Both the position numbers and the translations under genes were made by a program. A stretch of 64,000 bases of DNA from Octopus vulgaris (Eukaryota). Location: the NCBI GenBank assembly GCA_951406725.2, contig OX597814.1:191456001-191520000 (forward strand), read 5' to 3'. Below are positions 23,951-35,125 of this stretch, piece after piece. The notes beneath the pieces were generated by a model. It ran no database searches and was not told the origin of the DNA. It saw only the letters and a list, made by a program, of their open reading frames with translations. Positions within the stretch are counted from its first letter, which is position 1; every line of letters begins with the position of its first letter.

Positions 23951-26434
23951 AAGCTGTCACAGCCTGCTTTTTACAAATACGTAACAGATTTATCTTTTGG
24001 GCCTGTTTAATAACAGACTATTAAATGAGTATTGCCGATAGCATTCGTGTTTATTATCGAGTGTATTAGCTGCACAAGTAATAAAATGAAAAAAATAAAT
24101 AAATAAATAAACTAAAACGATCGCGGTCTTGGACGTTTTTTGGTAGCGAGTATTTTTTTCTGTTTTTGAAAAAGGACCCTAACAGCATGTGAGGTGGTGG
24201 CTGTGAAAGAAAACCGGTTTTCTTAAGTAAAAAAAAAAACATTGATGATTTCATTTAAGGGGAGACGAAGACGATAAAACTGTGTAGCATTAATTCTCCG
24301 TCTAAGAAAAGGTGTCGGGGAAAGGAAATAGCTACAACTGCGAAGTTCTTGTTGCAGTTTCTCTGAAGTAGAAATAGAATAATTTCTTTAGTGGCGAATG
24401 ATGAGCAGGAGCGGGGTTACATATGTATTGATATTATTCTATAGAAATGTTTATTTACTCGCTTCATGTAGACGAATGTTTGATAATTTATCTTTACTTT
24501 TGCAGATATCCGTTTTATTTACCTTTCCTTCGTAGCAAAACAAAGCTTGTACAACATCCAGAGATTTGTGATTTAAATATATTTTATATACAGTTACAAC
24601 ATTTTTTTTTAAATCCGTTTTTAGAATGAGATGCTTTTTTATTTTTTTTTATTTCTGTGTTAAGGGAGGAGAGGCAGTGCCCTTAACTTTTGCCATACCC
24701 TCAGAAAGCGGTGAGATTGTTGTGACCGACGTCCAGTCTGAACATCTGTTGAAAAATCGTGACCGCAGTCTATTCTGAACGAACTCCGTTAAAGGCATCC
24801 AAGTATCCTGGTGTTTATTAACCCCAGGTCAACCCTGATCGAGCAGGCTTATGATCAAAGACACTCCAACAGCGACCATTCCATCGCTTTAGAAGATTCT
24901 TAGTACATGATCCGTGTCTCTCCTTTTTCTTTATTTTTCTAAAACAGGATGTGACCTGAGATAAATTTGGTTGCTATTTCTGGGAGTTAAGGTCGACCAT
25001 ATAAAATCCTCTTCTACAAATATGATCCCAATTGACTTCATGTCTCTTACTGAACTCCGGGGTTCGGATATCATAACATTATAAATACACTTACAGCTAA
25101 TAAAAAGCAATAAAAAATTTGCGGCCTATCGAGCCTGCTTCCCATAGGAAATTTTTAAAAATTATATCACGATGTGTGTTTTTTTTTATCATGAACACTC
25201 ACAGACAGTTTGCCTCCACAGGACTGAGAGCCCTTTCTGTCCTAGGCCGGCGAAAAAATTACTCTTCAGGGAAATTAATAATTGTTGCGCAAATAAATCC
25301 GAAGATCTTGTCTAAGGTGACGCAACGGTAATAATATCCCTGAACTAGATATATAGTTCAAGTAACAAACAAATAAAATGTCAGCTGCTATTGTCCGCCC
25401 ACTTACTTTATATTGCATTGGACGTTAAATATAAATATTTATTTCTCATATCATTACACAGACAAACATGATTGGAACGAGATTTACGCGTAATTAAGAT
25501 ATACGCAGATTCTTTCAATTCTACCTATGGCCTTCGCGTAAATTAAATATCACGATCCAGATAGATGGATCGCTACTGTGTTGATAATTCCAAGGTCCTG
25601 GGAAGAAACAAAACAGAGCCGACTCTGCCAGAGTTTGAACACCCAACATTGAAGAGACGTAGCTAATTATTGTTTTACTGTTGTCCACTAATTTCTTGAA
25701 TATCCCGAAAATGATAGTCCAAATCCAGTGCGCAAAATAAAATTTTTAAAAAGTAAAACACGAAGTTACTGTGTTTTCAATATATTTCTCGTTTAACACA
25801 CACACAATTTTATAATTAACAGAAACTGAGCTAAAATTTGACAGCTGATTTAATTACTCGGTCTGTTATATCCCAGAAACCCTATTTACTTCTGGCTATT
25901 CCTTTTAAAGGGGAACACGGGATCTGAAGGGGATTTTAAAACGCACATGTTTACTGCTAATGATTAAAACCGGGTTGCAGATTTACATTACCGGAAATTT
26001 GCTCATCTACAATTGTCTAATAATATTATGAGGTCGTTTGCCCCGCCCCCGGAATTGCCTGCCTTGTGCCAAAATTTGAAAACAATATTGTTGTTTTTAA
26101 GGCGGCGAGCTGGCATTTCGTCTGCCGCTACGTTCTGAGTTCAAATTCCGCCGAGGTTGACTTTGCCTTTCATCCTTTCGGGGTCGATTAAATAAGTACC
26201 AATTACGCACTGGGGCCGATATAATCGACTTAATCCGTTTGTCTGTCCTTGTTTGTCCCCTTTGTGTCCATCCCCTTGTGGGCAGTAAAGAAATAAGAAA
26301 CGAGAGCACTCCGAACAAAATATTTAGCAGCATTTCGTCTGTCTTTACGTTTTGAGTTTAAATTCCGTCGAGATCGATTTTGCTTTCATCCTTATGGGGT
26401 CGATAAAATAACTATCAGTTGAGCACTGGGAATT

Positions 26435-27135
26435 CGTTGTGGGGCATTCACCCTTACTGCACGGAGGATGACGTCCCGACTTATGGAATTAAAGGCATTC
26501 CTAAGGTCTAGTTTGAGGATGGCCTTTGGGGACTCAGAAGGCAAGTTGGTGAAAGTGGCGTGAGCCTCACAACTCGCGGGAGTCTGGGAAAAGCTAATAT
26601 AAATTGCTGTGCTTGTACCAAAATTTAAACCAATATTGAGGTTTCTTCTAGTCTGGACGCAAGTCCTCGTTTTATACTTTCAGCCCCTGGATAAGAGGTA
26701 GCTACCTCATCTAGGACACCACGGTCTGTGACTCTTTTGCTCCCTCCCACCCACTGGATGCTGCGGTAAATGGGAGGGTCACTGCTTCCGTAGCTGAACG
26801 GAACAAAACCCGGAAGTATGGCAGTGAAATATTTTTTCCAACCTATGGCGTTTGAGATGTTTGGAGGGACTGGGCCATTAACGTCGAAGTTCTTGTCATC
26901 GTTGGCAGCTCGCCTCACCGAAGTGTCAGGTGATGCACGTGAGGGTGCTTGGCTTTTCCAACGCCTTAGCCTCGCCCGTGGTAGTGTTGCGAGCGTGCTG
27001 GCTCGCTTCCGTAGGTCCTGTTGAACCTTGTGGTGTGAGACCAATGGAAGCACTTGATGCTGCATTGATGTTTTTTCTCTCTTTCCTTTCTCTTTTCCTT
27101 CTTTTTTCTTTGTCTTCTTTTTGTAAAATATATGC
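26435..27135 (+). mobile_element. Second CRE-like copy: plus-strand 3' end preceded by an inverted RT fragment
   Basis: YFFQPMAFEMFGGTGPLTSKFLSSLAARLTEVSGDAREGAWLFQRLSLARG; 26437-26573 is near-identical to 30553-30689. Confidence 0.8.
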
Positions 27136-28030
27136 CTTTTATTCTTTTATTTGTTTCAGTCATTTGACTGCGGCCATGCTGGAGCACCGCCTTTAGTCGA
27201 GCAAATCGACCCTGAGACTTATTCTTTGTAAGCCTAGTACTTATTCTATTGGTCTCTTTTGCCGAACTGCTAAGTTACGGGGACGTAAACACACCAACAT
27301 CAGTTGTCAAGATGGTGGAGGGGACAAACACAGCCACACTCACACACACACATGTATGCATACGACGGCTTCTTTCTGTTTCCGTCTATCAAGTCCACTC
27401 ATAAGGCTTTGGTCGGTTCGCAGCTATAGTAGAAGACATTTGCCCAAGGTGCCACGCGGTGGGATTGAATCCGGAACCATGTGATTGGTAAGCAAGCTAC
27501 TTACCACACAGCCATTCCTACGCCTTCTGTTAGTTTTTAATGATACTCACGCAGTTAAAAGCTATGCTTTGCTCAAAGTAACAGCGGATATAATCGAAAG
27601 TACTAACTGAACTGGATTGAAATATTGAGGAGTCAAACATGCGGCTCACGAGCCGGATCCGGTCCACAGCAATGTTTAACTCCATCTATATCTAGTGGAT
27701 CAGTCTTACCCACTGATCTCTACAAACTTTTGCTAACACTCCCATTATCTTTAGCAATCGAGGATCGAATCCACTGCATGAAGCCACTACAAATACGTTG
27801 TGGAATAAAAAATCCATATACTGTCATGGAAAAAGTGTAACTGTAAAAATGCAGAATTATCGTCAAAAAAGTATGTATGTATAGAAATGTATGAACGAAG
27901 TCTTTAAGGTTTAAGATTCAAATTAAGGAAGTGCAATAATAATGTTTAGCAGTTCAAAACTGAGTAGTGAAATGCAGAATTAGGTCGGTTGATCGTGAGA
28001 ATCAAATATTGATCGCTTCGCTAAAACTTG

Positions 28031-28461
28031 CAGATGGTATGGGTTATTTCTCTTGGGTTGTTTAAATAAAATATTAGTAATATGTAGTAGATAGAAAGGT
28101 CCATTGGAAGGGCCCTATTATCAAATTTTTTCAAGAATCTAAGTATGTCACGAGGTTTCCAGACATGAGTTCTACTCACGTGTCAAATAAAGTAAGAAAG
28201 TGATATTGTATGCAAAAATTAAAAATAGGACACACAAAAAATCAATATTTAAAGTAATATAACATAAACAATAAAATAGGTTATTTCCCTTGAGTGTTTA
28301 AAAAATATTGTTCAGGTGGTATGGGTTATTTCCCTTGGGTGTTTAAAAAATAGTTATATGAGGTAGATATAAAGGTTCCTTCCAGGGGCCGTATTATTGA
28401 CTTTCTCAATAATCTAAGTATATTTCGAGGTTTCCAGACATGAGTTCTACTCACGTGTCAA
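28031..28461. repeat. Diverged ~150-bp direct repeat pair
   Basis: 28031-28186 and 28313-28461 both run from tggtatgggttatttc to cgaggtttccagacatgagttctactcacgtgtcaa. Confidence 0.85.
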
Positions 28462-28572
28462 GTTTCATCAAAATCAATAAAACGATGTAGGAGGAGTTAG
28501 CTAACAACACCACAAACAAACACACACCGATTTTCCACATATGTAGAAGATATATATATGTGTGTGTGTAAG

Positions 28573-28618
<46 letters not shown>

Positions 28619-28636
28619 TATATATATATATAAAAC

Positions 28637-31600
28637 CAGGTACAGGCAACCTTTTTCGGCATACCTATACAAGTGTGCTCCCAGACTTTGTTTCCTCATG
28701 AAATTTTCTACAAATATGCTTCAGATGGTGTAGATTTCTTTCTTTTTTAACAAAGGTTGAGACTTTATTTTATCTAATATAGTTTTTACAAAAAAAAGAC
28801 GAAGAAAAGAAGAAAAATAGCGGAAAAAATAAGAAAAGGGGAGAGAAGAAAGAGACAAAAACAAAAAAAAAACCAATAATGCAGCATCAAGTGCTTCAAT
28901 TGGTCTCACACCAGGAGGTTCAATGGGATCTACTGAAGCGAGCCAGCACACTTGCAGCATTACCACGAGCGATGGTTAGGCTAAGGCGTTTGAAAAGCTA
29001 AGCACCCTCACGGGCATCACCTGACACTTCGGTGAGGCGAGCTGCCAGCGATGACATGAACTTCACCATTAGTAGTCCTGTCCCTTCAAACGTCTCAAGG
29101 TTGGAAGAAATAGTTCACTGCCAAGTCCCAATAGTTCAGGGTTTTGTTCCTTTCGGCTACGGAAGCAGTGACCCTCCCATTTACCGCAGCATCCAAAATG
29201 TGGGAGGGAGGAAAAGAGTTACAGACCGTGGTATCCCAGATGAGGTACCTACCTGTTACCCTGGGACAGAGGGTAAAGCCAATCTGGTCGCTTTCCATCA
29301 CTTCTGGATAATCGTGCCGGCTCCAGAATTGAGGGATATTAATCCGAGCCAGGACCCACTTAATGAGTAGATTTAGCTCGGTGTAATGAGCGACACGACC
29401 AGCATTTAGGCGGCAAAAGACAGACTGTGAAGACCTGTGGGATCAAGGGGCCTACCACAGCGACTTCTCAATCACCTACAGATGTCAGTTCCCACTCTGA
29501 GTGCGGTGGAGATGTGGAGTTCATCTAGACTGAGTAGGCCACAGACGGGGCATCAATCCAGCCCCACTGAGAATTTTGCACTAGCAAAAAGTAGACGACA
29601 CCTTGAAAATTGATCAGATTGATCAAGGAGAGAGATGAAAGTGGTACCTGAACGCAGATTGTCCCATATTCTCTACTTCCGTCTATCCTCAACTGTAACA
29701 GGAACTAACAAACTCAGCTCTCTCTCCACTGTAACAGAGCTTCATCCATCTCCCTGTTGGAATTAGTCGATGTTGGAGAGGAAAGGATATTGCCTACTAA
29801 AGGGGAGTAAGCGTGGATGGAGGAAAGAAAACGGAAGAGATAAAGACGAGCACTTGTGCAGACCTAGATCTCCCCAAACCGTTCGGGCAAAGCAGCATCG
29901 TCGCGGTAGTCTGGGGAAGAGTTTGACATTGACCAAGCATTCGAGTTACCTGAAGATTAGGTCATGAAAGTATTCGAGGGACAACAAGAATCTGTAAGAG
30001 GGACTAACTCACAGAAAATACAATAGCTTAGGAATTGACAAGTAATTCCTAAGTATAAAAAAAAACTGTTGGTTGGACTCAGTTACTTGAAGGTTTTTTT
30101 AAAAGCTGTTCAAGGTTAGCCTTTTGGATCGAAAGATGAACTCAAAAGCTGGGTCAGTAATTGGGGCTCGAAGGGAGCATCACTCTGATGCAGGAGAAAC
30201 CGCGTTAGAGGGGAGGGGGGTCTGTAAATAGTTTAATAGTCTGCTCATGCGAAGCCGGATGGTTGAATGATTTGAGTTCGCATTTGGAGCTGTTAACGCT
30301 AAGGCCCCTACGACCAAGTTCCTTAATCATCATCCTCGCAGTTGCCAGCACCTTGTCAGGAGGGCCTCCTAAACAAGCATCATCGAGGTACCAGGCACTT
30401 TAGTCTAGGTCAGCTCCCATCTTGTTAATATCATTAATACCCAATGCAAATAGCGAAGGGACCAAGTGGGCTCCAGAGGCAGATGGGATGAGGTGATCAC
30501 CAAAGAAGAGGTAGGAGGGCTCCTGATGGGCTTGCCAAGCAAAGTGATTAAGTTGTGGGGCATTCACCCTTACTGCACGGAGGATGACGTCCCGACTTAT
30601 GGAATTAAAGGCATTCCTAAGGTCTAGTTTGAGGATGGCCTTTGGGGACTCAGAAGGTAAGTTGGTGAAAGTGGCGTGAGCCTCACAACCTAGCTCAGTA
30701 CCCACTTCTAGTTGAATAAGGGAAAATTTAGCGGACAGGCAGTTAGAAGCCGAGAACAGACACACTTTTGCTGTGAGTCGTCGCAGAGTACAACCAACTG
30801 CAATGGGGCGGAGGCCACAGTTGGGCTCTAGGAACAGGAGACGAATGTAGATTCAAGGAACAGGGGACGAATGTAGGCAAGGACAGTCTCGGATGAGAAC
30901 AAGTTTATGAACTGCGTTGGGTTCTCTATGAGCTCGAGACCATCATCACCAGCTAACAGGGAATTGCTATCCTTGAGATGCTGAGGTCATAGGTCATCGA
31001 TCCCAGCGCCAGAACCCGTTGGAAAAGATACAATCGCCTTTCTGACATTGTCGGAGGCGAAAACAACTTGTAGAAAACTTGGTGGGTCAGACCAGTGTAG
31101 GTGATCGTCCGGAGGGGGTCGATCGGAATTTGTGAAAATGTTTTTCCGATGGTGTAGAGAGGAGTTTCGGAAAACTCACTCGAGTTGGCTTTGTTTCCTC
31201 ATAACTTTCCGAAAAATGGATATTTTTTAAATGGAATTTTCTATAAATACCTTTTAAGATTGTGTATATACCGATTACATCGGAGTAAAAATTAAATTGT
31301 TGGCTCGCACACACACACATCTGACATATCAAAAATGAAACATAAAATTTCAAAAAAGATTGTGATGTGTGTCAGTATGTATGCGTGCGAGTCTACCAAT
31401 TTTTTTTTTTTTCATATTAAATTCCGATATAATCGCATTCTACACCATCTGAAATGTATTTGTAACATTTTATTAGAAAATATCCATTTCGCTGAAAGTT
31501 ATGAGGAAACAAAGTCGACGTTTGTGAATTTTCAGGAACTCCTCCTTCACCCTCGGAATAACTTTTTCACAATAAATTCCGATATAATCAGAATCTGTAC

Positions 31601-31806
31601 CATCTGAAACATTTTAGTAAAAAAATTGCACTAAAAATATCCATTTTGCAGGAAGTTATGAAGAAACGAAGTCGATGGGGTACAGTTGTGTAGATATGTC
31701 CCCTTTTTCGAGCAGCGGGCCGCACTACTAAAAGAAAATTCAAGGTAATTTTTTGTTTAGACATGCCTTTCAGAAAGTCTCGTAGGCCATAGTTTGCCCA
31801 CGACTG
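28637..31806. mobile_element. Non-autonomous hAT-like element hosting the CRE insertion
   Basis: Termini CAGGTACAGGCAACC / GTTTGCCCACGACTG; 8-bp flanks tataaaac (28629-28636) and tattaaac (31807-31814); the same internal subrepeat occurs on both sides of the CRE. Confidence 0.55.
28785..31120 (-). mobile_element. CRE-clade non-LTR retrotransposon remnant (RT + restriction-like endonuclease), 5'-truncated and degenerate
   Basis: Minus-strand peptides SFPTGSGAGID..PQHLKD, LRPIAVGCTLRRL, KLDLRNAFNSISR, SLFALGI, WYLDD, then GRYLIWDTTV..AERNK..NYFFQP and GDAREGA.LF.RLS, as in CRE/Cnl1-type elements. Confidence 0.85.
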
Positions 31807-32039
31807 TATTAAACCTTCATCAATATTCTTTAGTCCCACGTAAGTCTTGATTGAGAAAGATCAATGATCATAAATAAGTATTCCAGCTATGACAAACCCG
31901 TCTCTTCGTATATCAAAGACCACATTGTCTATTTTGTTATTCCTTTTCTAAGACAGCCGGGTGTGATTTAAAGAACATTTAGTTACTTTAATCGAGCTGT
32001 CAGTATTAGAAGCTCATTAACTGATTTTATTTGTCCCAA

Positions 32040-32215
32040 CAGCTGAGTCGAGTCGAAAAAACGCGAATGAATGGAACAAAAACTGGGAGAGAACTCTCTT
32101 TTAACTCTTGCAAAAAAAGAGCCCAAAAGTTATATCAAAATGGCGCAGTAACTCTACAGTCTCTCTTGCGGCCGAACATACAACATTTGTGTTTCATATA
32201 AATATTCCGGTGAGA
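32040..32215 (+). promoter_or_regulatory. Candidate DDX42 promoter and non-coding first exon
   Basis: Locally CpG-retaining unique sequence, YY1-type motif CAAAATGGCG at 32136-32145 and a donor CCG|gtgaga at 32209/32210; inference only. Confidence 0.4.
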
Positions 32216-34055
32216 TTTTTTCCACCTTTATTTATTTTACAATGATAAACTAACCCACCTTGTAAAGCTACAGATCACACTGTATATTATAGTGGCATGT
32301 ATCAAGAAATATCGTGGATATTTTAGCTATGTATCGTTGTGTCACTCGAGATTGTAAGCTTGTGTAAGCAATCTCTTCAACATTTCTTGTTAATCTATTT
32401 CTGTCTCACCTCTCAGCATGTATCAACAGTGTATTTTTCAAAAAAATATATATATTAGTTTGCTGTAAAATTTCAACTTCCTCTCGTTAGCATTTAATTA
32501 ATAATATCGCCGAATGTATGCGTGTATAGAATTCAATTGACTTCGGTATATGCGTTATGTATGTCTATAAATATCGATTACCTTTAATTTGTATCTAATC
32601 ATTTGCTACTTTGGATATTTTTTGCGAGATAAATACTTTTAACATTATATGAACGACTAGAAACCTGATTTTATTAGAAGCGCAACTTATCTTTTTTCTT
32701 TTTTATTTTGATAATATTTCTTAAATTTTTTCCGAGAAAAGATGTTGCATCTTCTTATTTTATATTAACGTTCCATCTATAACATTACTTGGAATATCCA
32801 TCACTTTCAAGGGTAATAAAAAAAATATATTTATTTCTATTTCAAATCCAGAAAAAATTGTACAAATTCCTAAGCGTGAATGTGGAGGATAAACTGTGTC
32901 TTGTGTTACAAGATCCAATGTCTTATTTATAAACGGTGCCAATTCTGCTACCGTCTAAACTCAAGTTCTTTTTTCATATGGAGAAATATCTTTTCTTAAT
33001 ATGAAATAAATATATTCTTGTAATTTAAATAACGTAAATTAATCAAATAATTCAATAACAGCATTTTTAAATACGTTGTTTATAACCCTATATGAGCTTC
33101 TATCGAGCTGACCTCTGGTCAAAGGTACTCCAGCTTTGATTATCCCATCTTTCATTCAGACACAGTGTATCTAGGACTACATCATCAGATGTATACTTTT
33201 TACAAAAGACTAAGAGTATCATAAGTAGATTTGACCGATACTTTTAACAGGTCGAACGGTCTTTTAAAAGCCTCCTTGGTTCACATATTGATTGATAAGA
33301 TTCTCTTCGGCTCAGGCGGTTTCCTACTGGAACAAAGTAAAAAAATAAAACAAAACCAATTCGGTCTTAATATTTTTTCCATAAAACAATGAATTAGAAG
33401 CATTTTAAAAGCACTTATTTTTTACGTTAGAAGTATTTTTAAGCGCACCCCTTTTTTTCAACCCGAAGTGAAATAGTTCTAAGTGATAGTAAAACAATTT
33501 TTTCGCCTCCATCGTAGGTTGTTTTGTTCGCAATCAAGTCAACTCGGACCAAGTAGATCTATGATCAAAGACAGTCCAACCTGTACCATCTCGTCTTTTT
33601 AGGGATTATCTAGTTCTACATTGTCTAAACATGTACTCCCCATTTTAAGACGGAAGGCTGCGACTTATTTGAAGAAAATTTGGGTAGAGGCTCCCATGTT
33701 GACTCACAGTCCTGTATTTAAGCCTTGTAATTTAATGTAGCTGGAAAAATAAACCCCATTTTTATTGTTTAAAATGCCGCTAAACTGTTATTACGCTTCA
33801 TAGGACATTGTATCAAAAAGTTATTTTACTACGCTTAAATAGGAATGTACCTGAATAATAGATACATACGCACGCACGTACGCTACATGACATAAATCTT
33901 ACACCGTCTTTGTCAGCTGTTGACTAGAGTTCGCTACGATTTCTATATCCTCCGATTGTCTCACGTTCAGACCAACGATGTTGAACAGCATTGATGATAC
34001 CAAGGACTAGCTGGGCTCTTTGGGCCTACTTTGTAGCACGCTTTTTTCTCTCGAT

Positions 34056-34087
<32 letters not shown>

Positions 34088-34148
34088 AGAGATTAAGCAA
34101 ACTCCAGAGAGACTAGTGTTGGTCTGCATCGGCGAGGCTTGTGATATC

Positions 34149-34350
34149 TAGTGAAATCGATAAAATCGAAAATACAGTGAACTTGCCATGGGGAGTGGAA
34201 AATCTTACGCTACAGATAGTCCTTCGTCAGCGAAAAGTTGACAGATATTAATTTCTTCTCAAATTTATGCTGAAGTGTGACTTTGTCCAAAAAAGTGGAT
34301 TTTCTACTCTCCATGGCAAATTCACTGTACTCTTTTTATTGATTTCATTA
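34149..34350. mobile_element. MITE-like element with about 55-bp imperfect TIRs
   Basis: tgaaatcgataaaa..tacagtgaacttgccatggggagtggaaaatc is the inverse of gattttctactctccatggcaaattcactgtac..ttttattgatttca. Confidence 0.6.
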
Positions 34351-34619
34351 TATATATATATATACACATACATACATACATATACGCATGAGGGAGTGCT
34401 GAGAAGTTACTGGCTTTAAGGGAATCACAAAAGGCCTGGTTGGAGGTCCATCTTTCTGAGTTCTTTTGCAAGGATTAGGAAAACTGAAGGACCACTGCAA
34501 TCGATGTGTGAATCTGAGGCAGGGATATGTTTAATAAAATCATAATTAACTGATCCTCCTGTATTTTCTTTTACTCGAAGTCAGGAGCTTCTCAGCATAT
34601 CCCGTGTGTGTGTGTGTGT

Positions 34620-35125
34620 GTGTCACATAACTGGCACCCATGTAAAAAACACCTTTCGAGTGTTGGAGCCTCACAGAGGCAAAGTGGCTGAGTTCCTTAC
34701 AAGCATTGGGCCTCACTGAAGCAAAATGGCTGACTTCCTTTCGAGCATTGGGCTTCACAGAGGCAAAGTAGCTGCACACCTTTCAAGCGTTAAACCTCAG
34801 TGGGGGCAAAATGGCTGAGTTCTTTTCAAGCGTTGGGCCTCATAGAAGCAATGACTGAGACTTTTGGCATTATGTTGTGTTTGAGAAGAAGACCCATCAA
34901 CCCGAGCAAAATTGCTGTCGTGGCAGATACCAGTGTCATGCAAATGGCATCCGTGCCAGTGACATGTAAAAGCACCCATTACACTCTTGGGGTGGTTGAT
35001 GTTAAGAAGGGTATCCAGCCATAGAAAACCATGCCAAATCAGATTGGAGTCTGATGCAGCCTTCAAGCATGTCAGCCCCAGTCAATGTTCAATCCATGAC
35101 AATGGACATTAAATGATGATGATGT
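34620..35125 (+). mobile_element. Family E-related retroposon with internal ~43-bp tandem units (related copy 60375-60700)
   Basis: gagc.ttgggcctcac.gaggcaaagtggctgagttcc repeated 4-5 times; (GAT)n tail. Confidence 0.65.
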
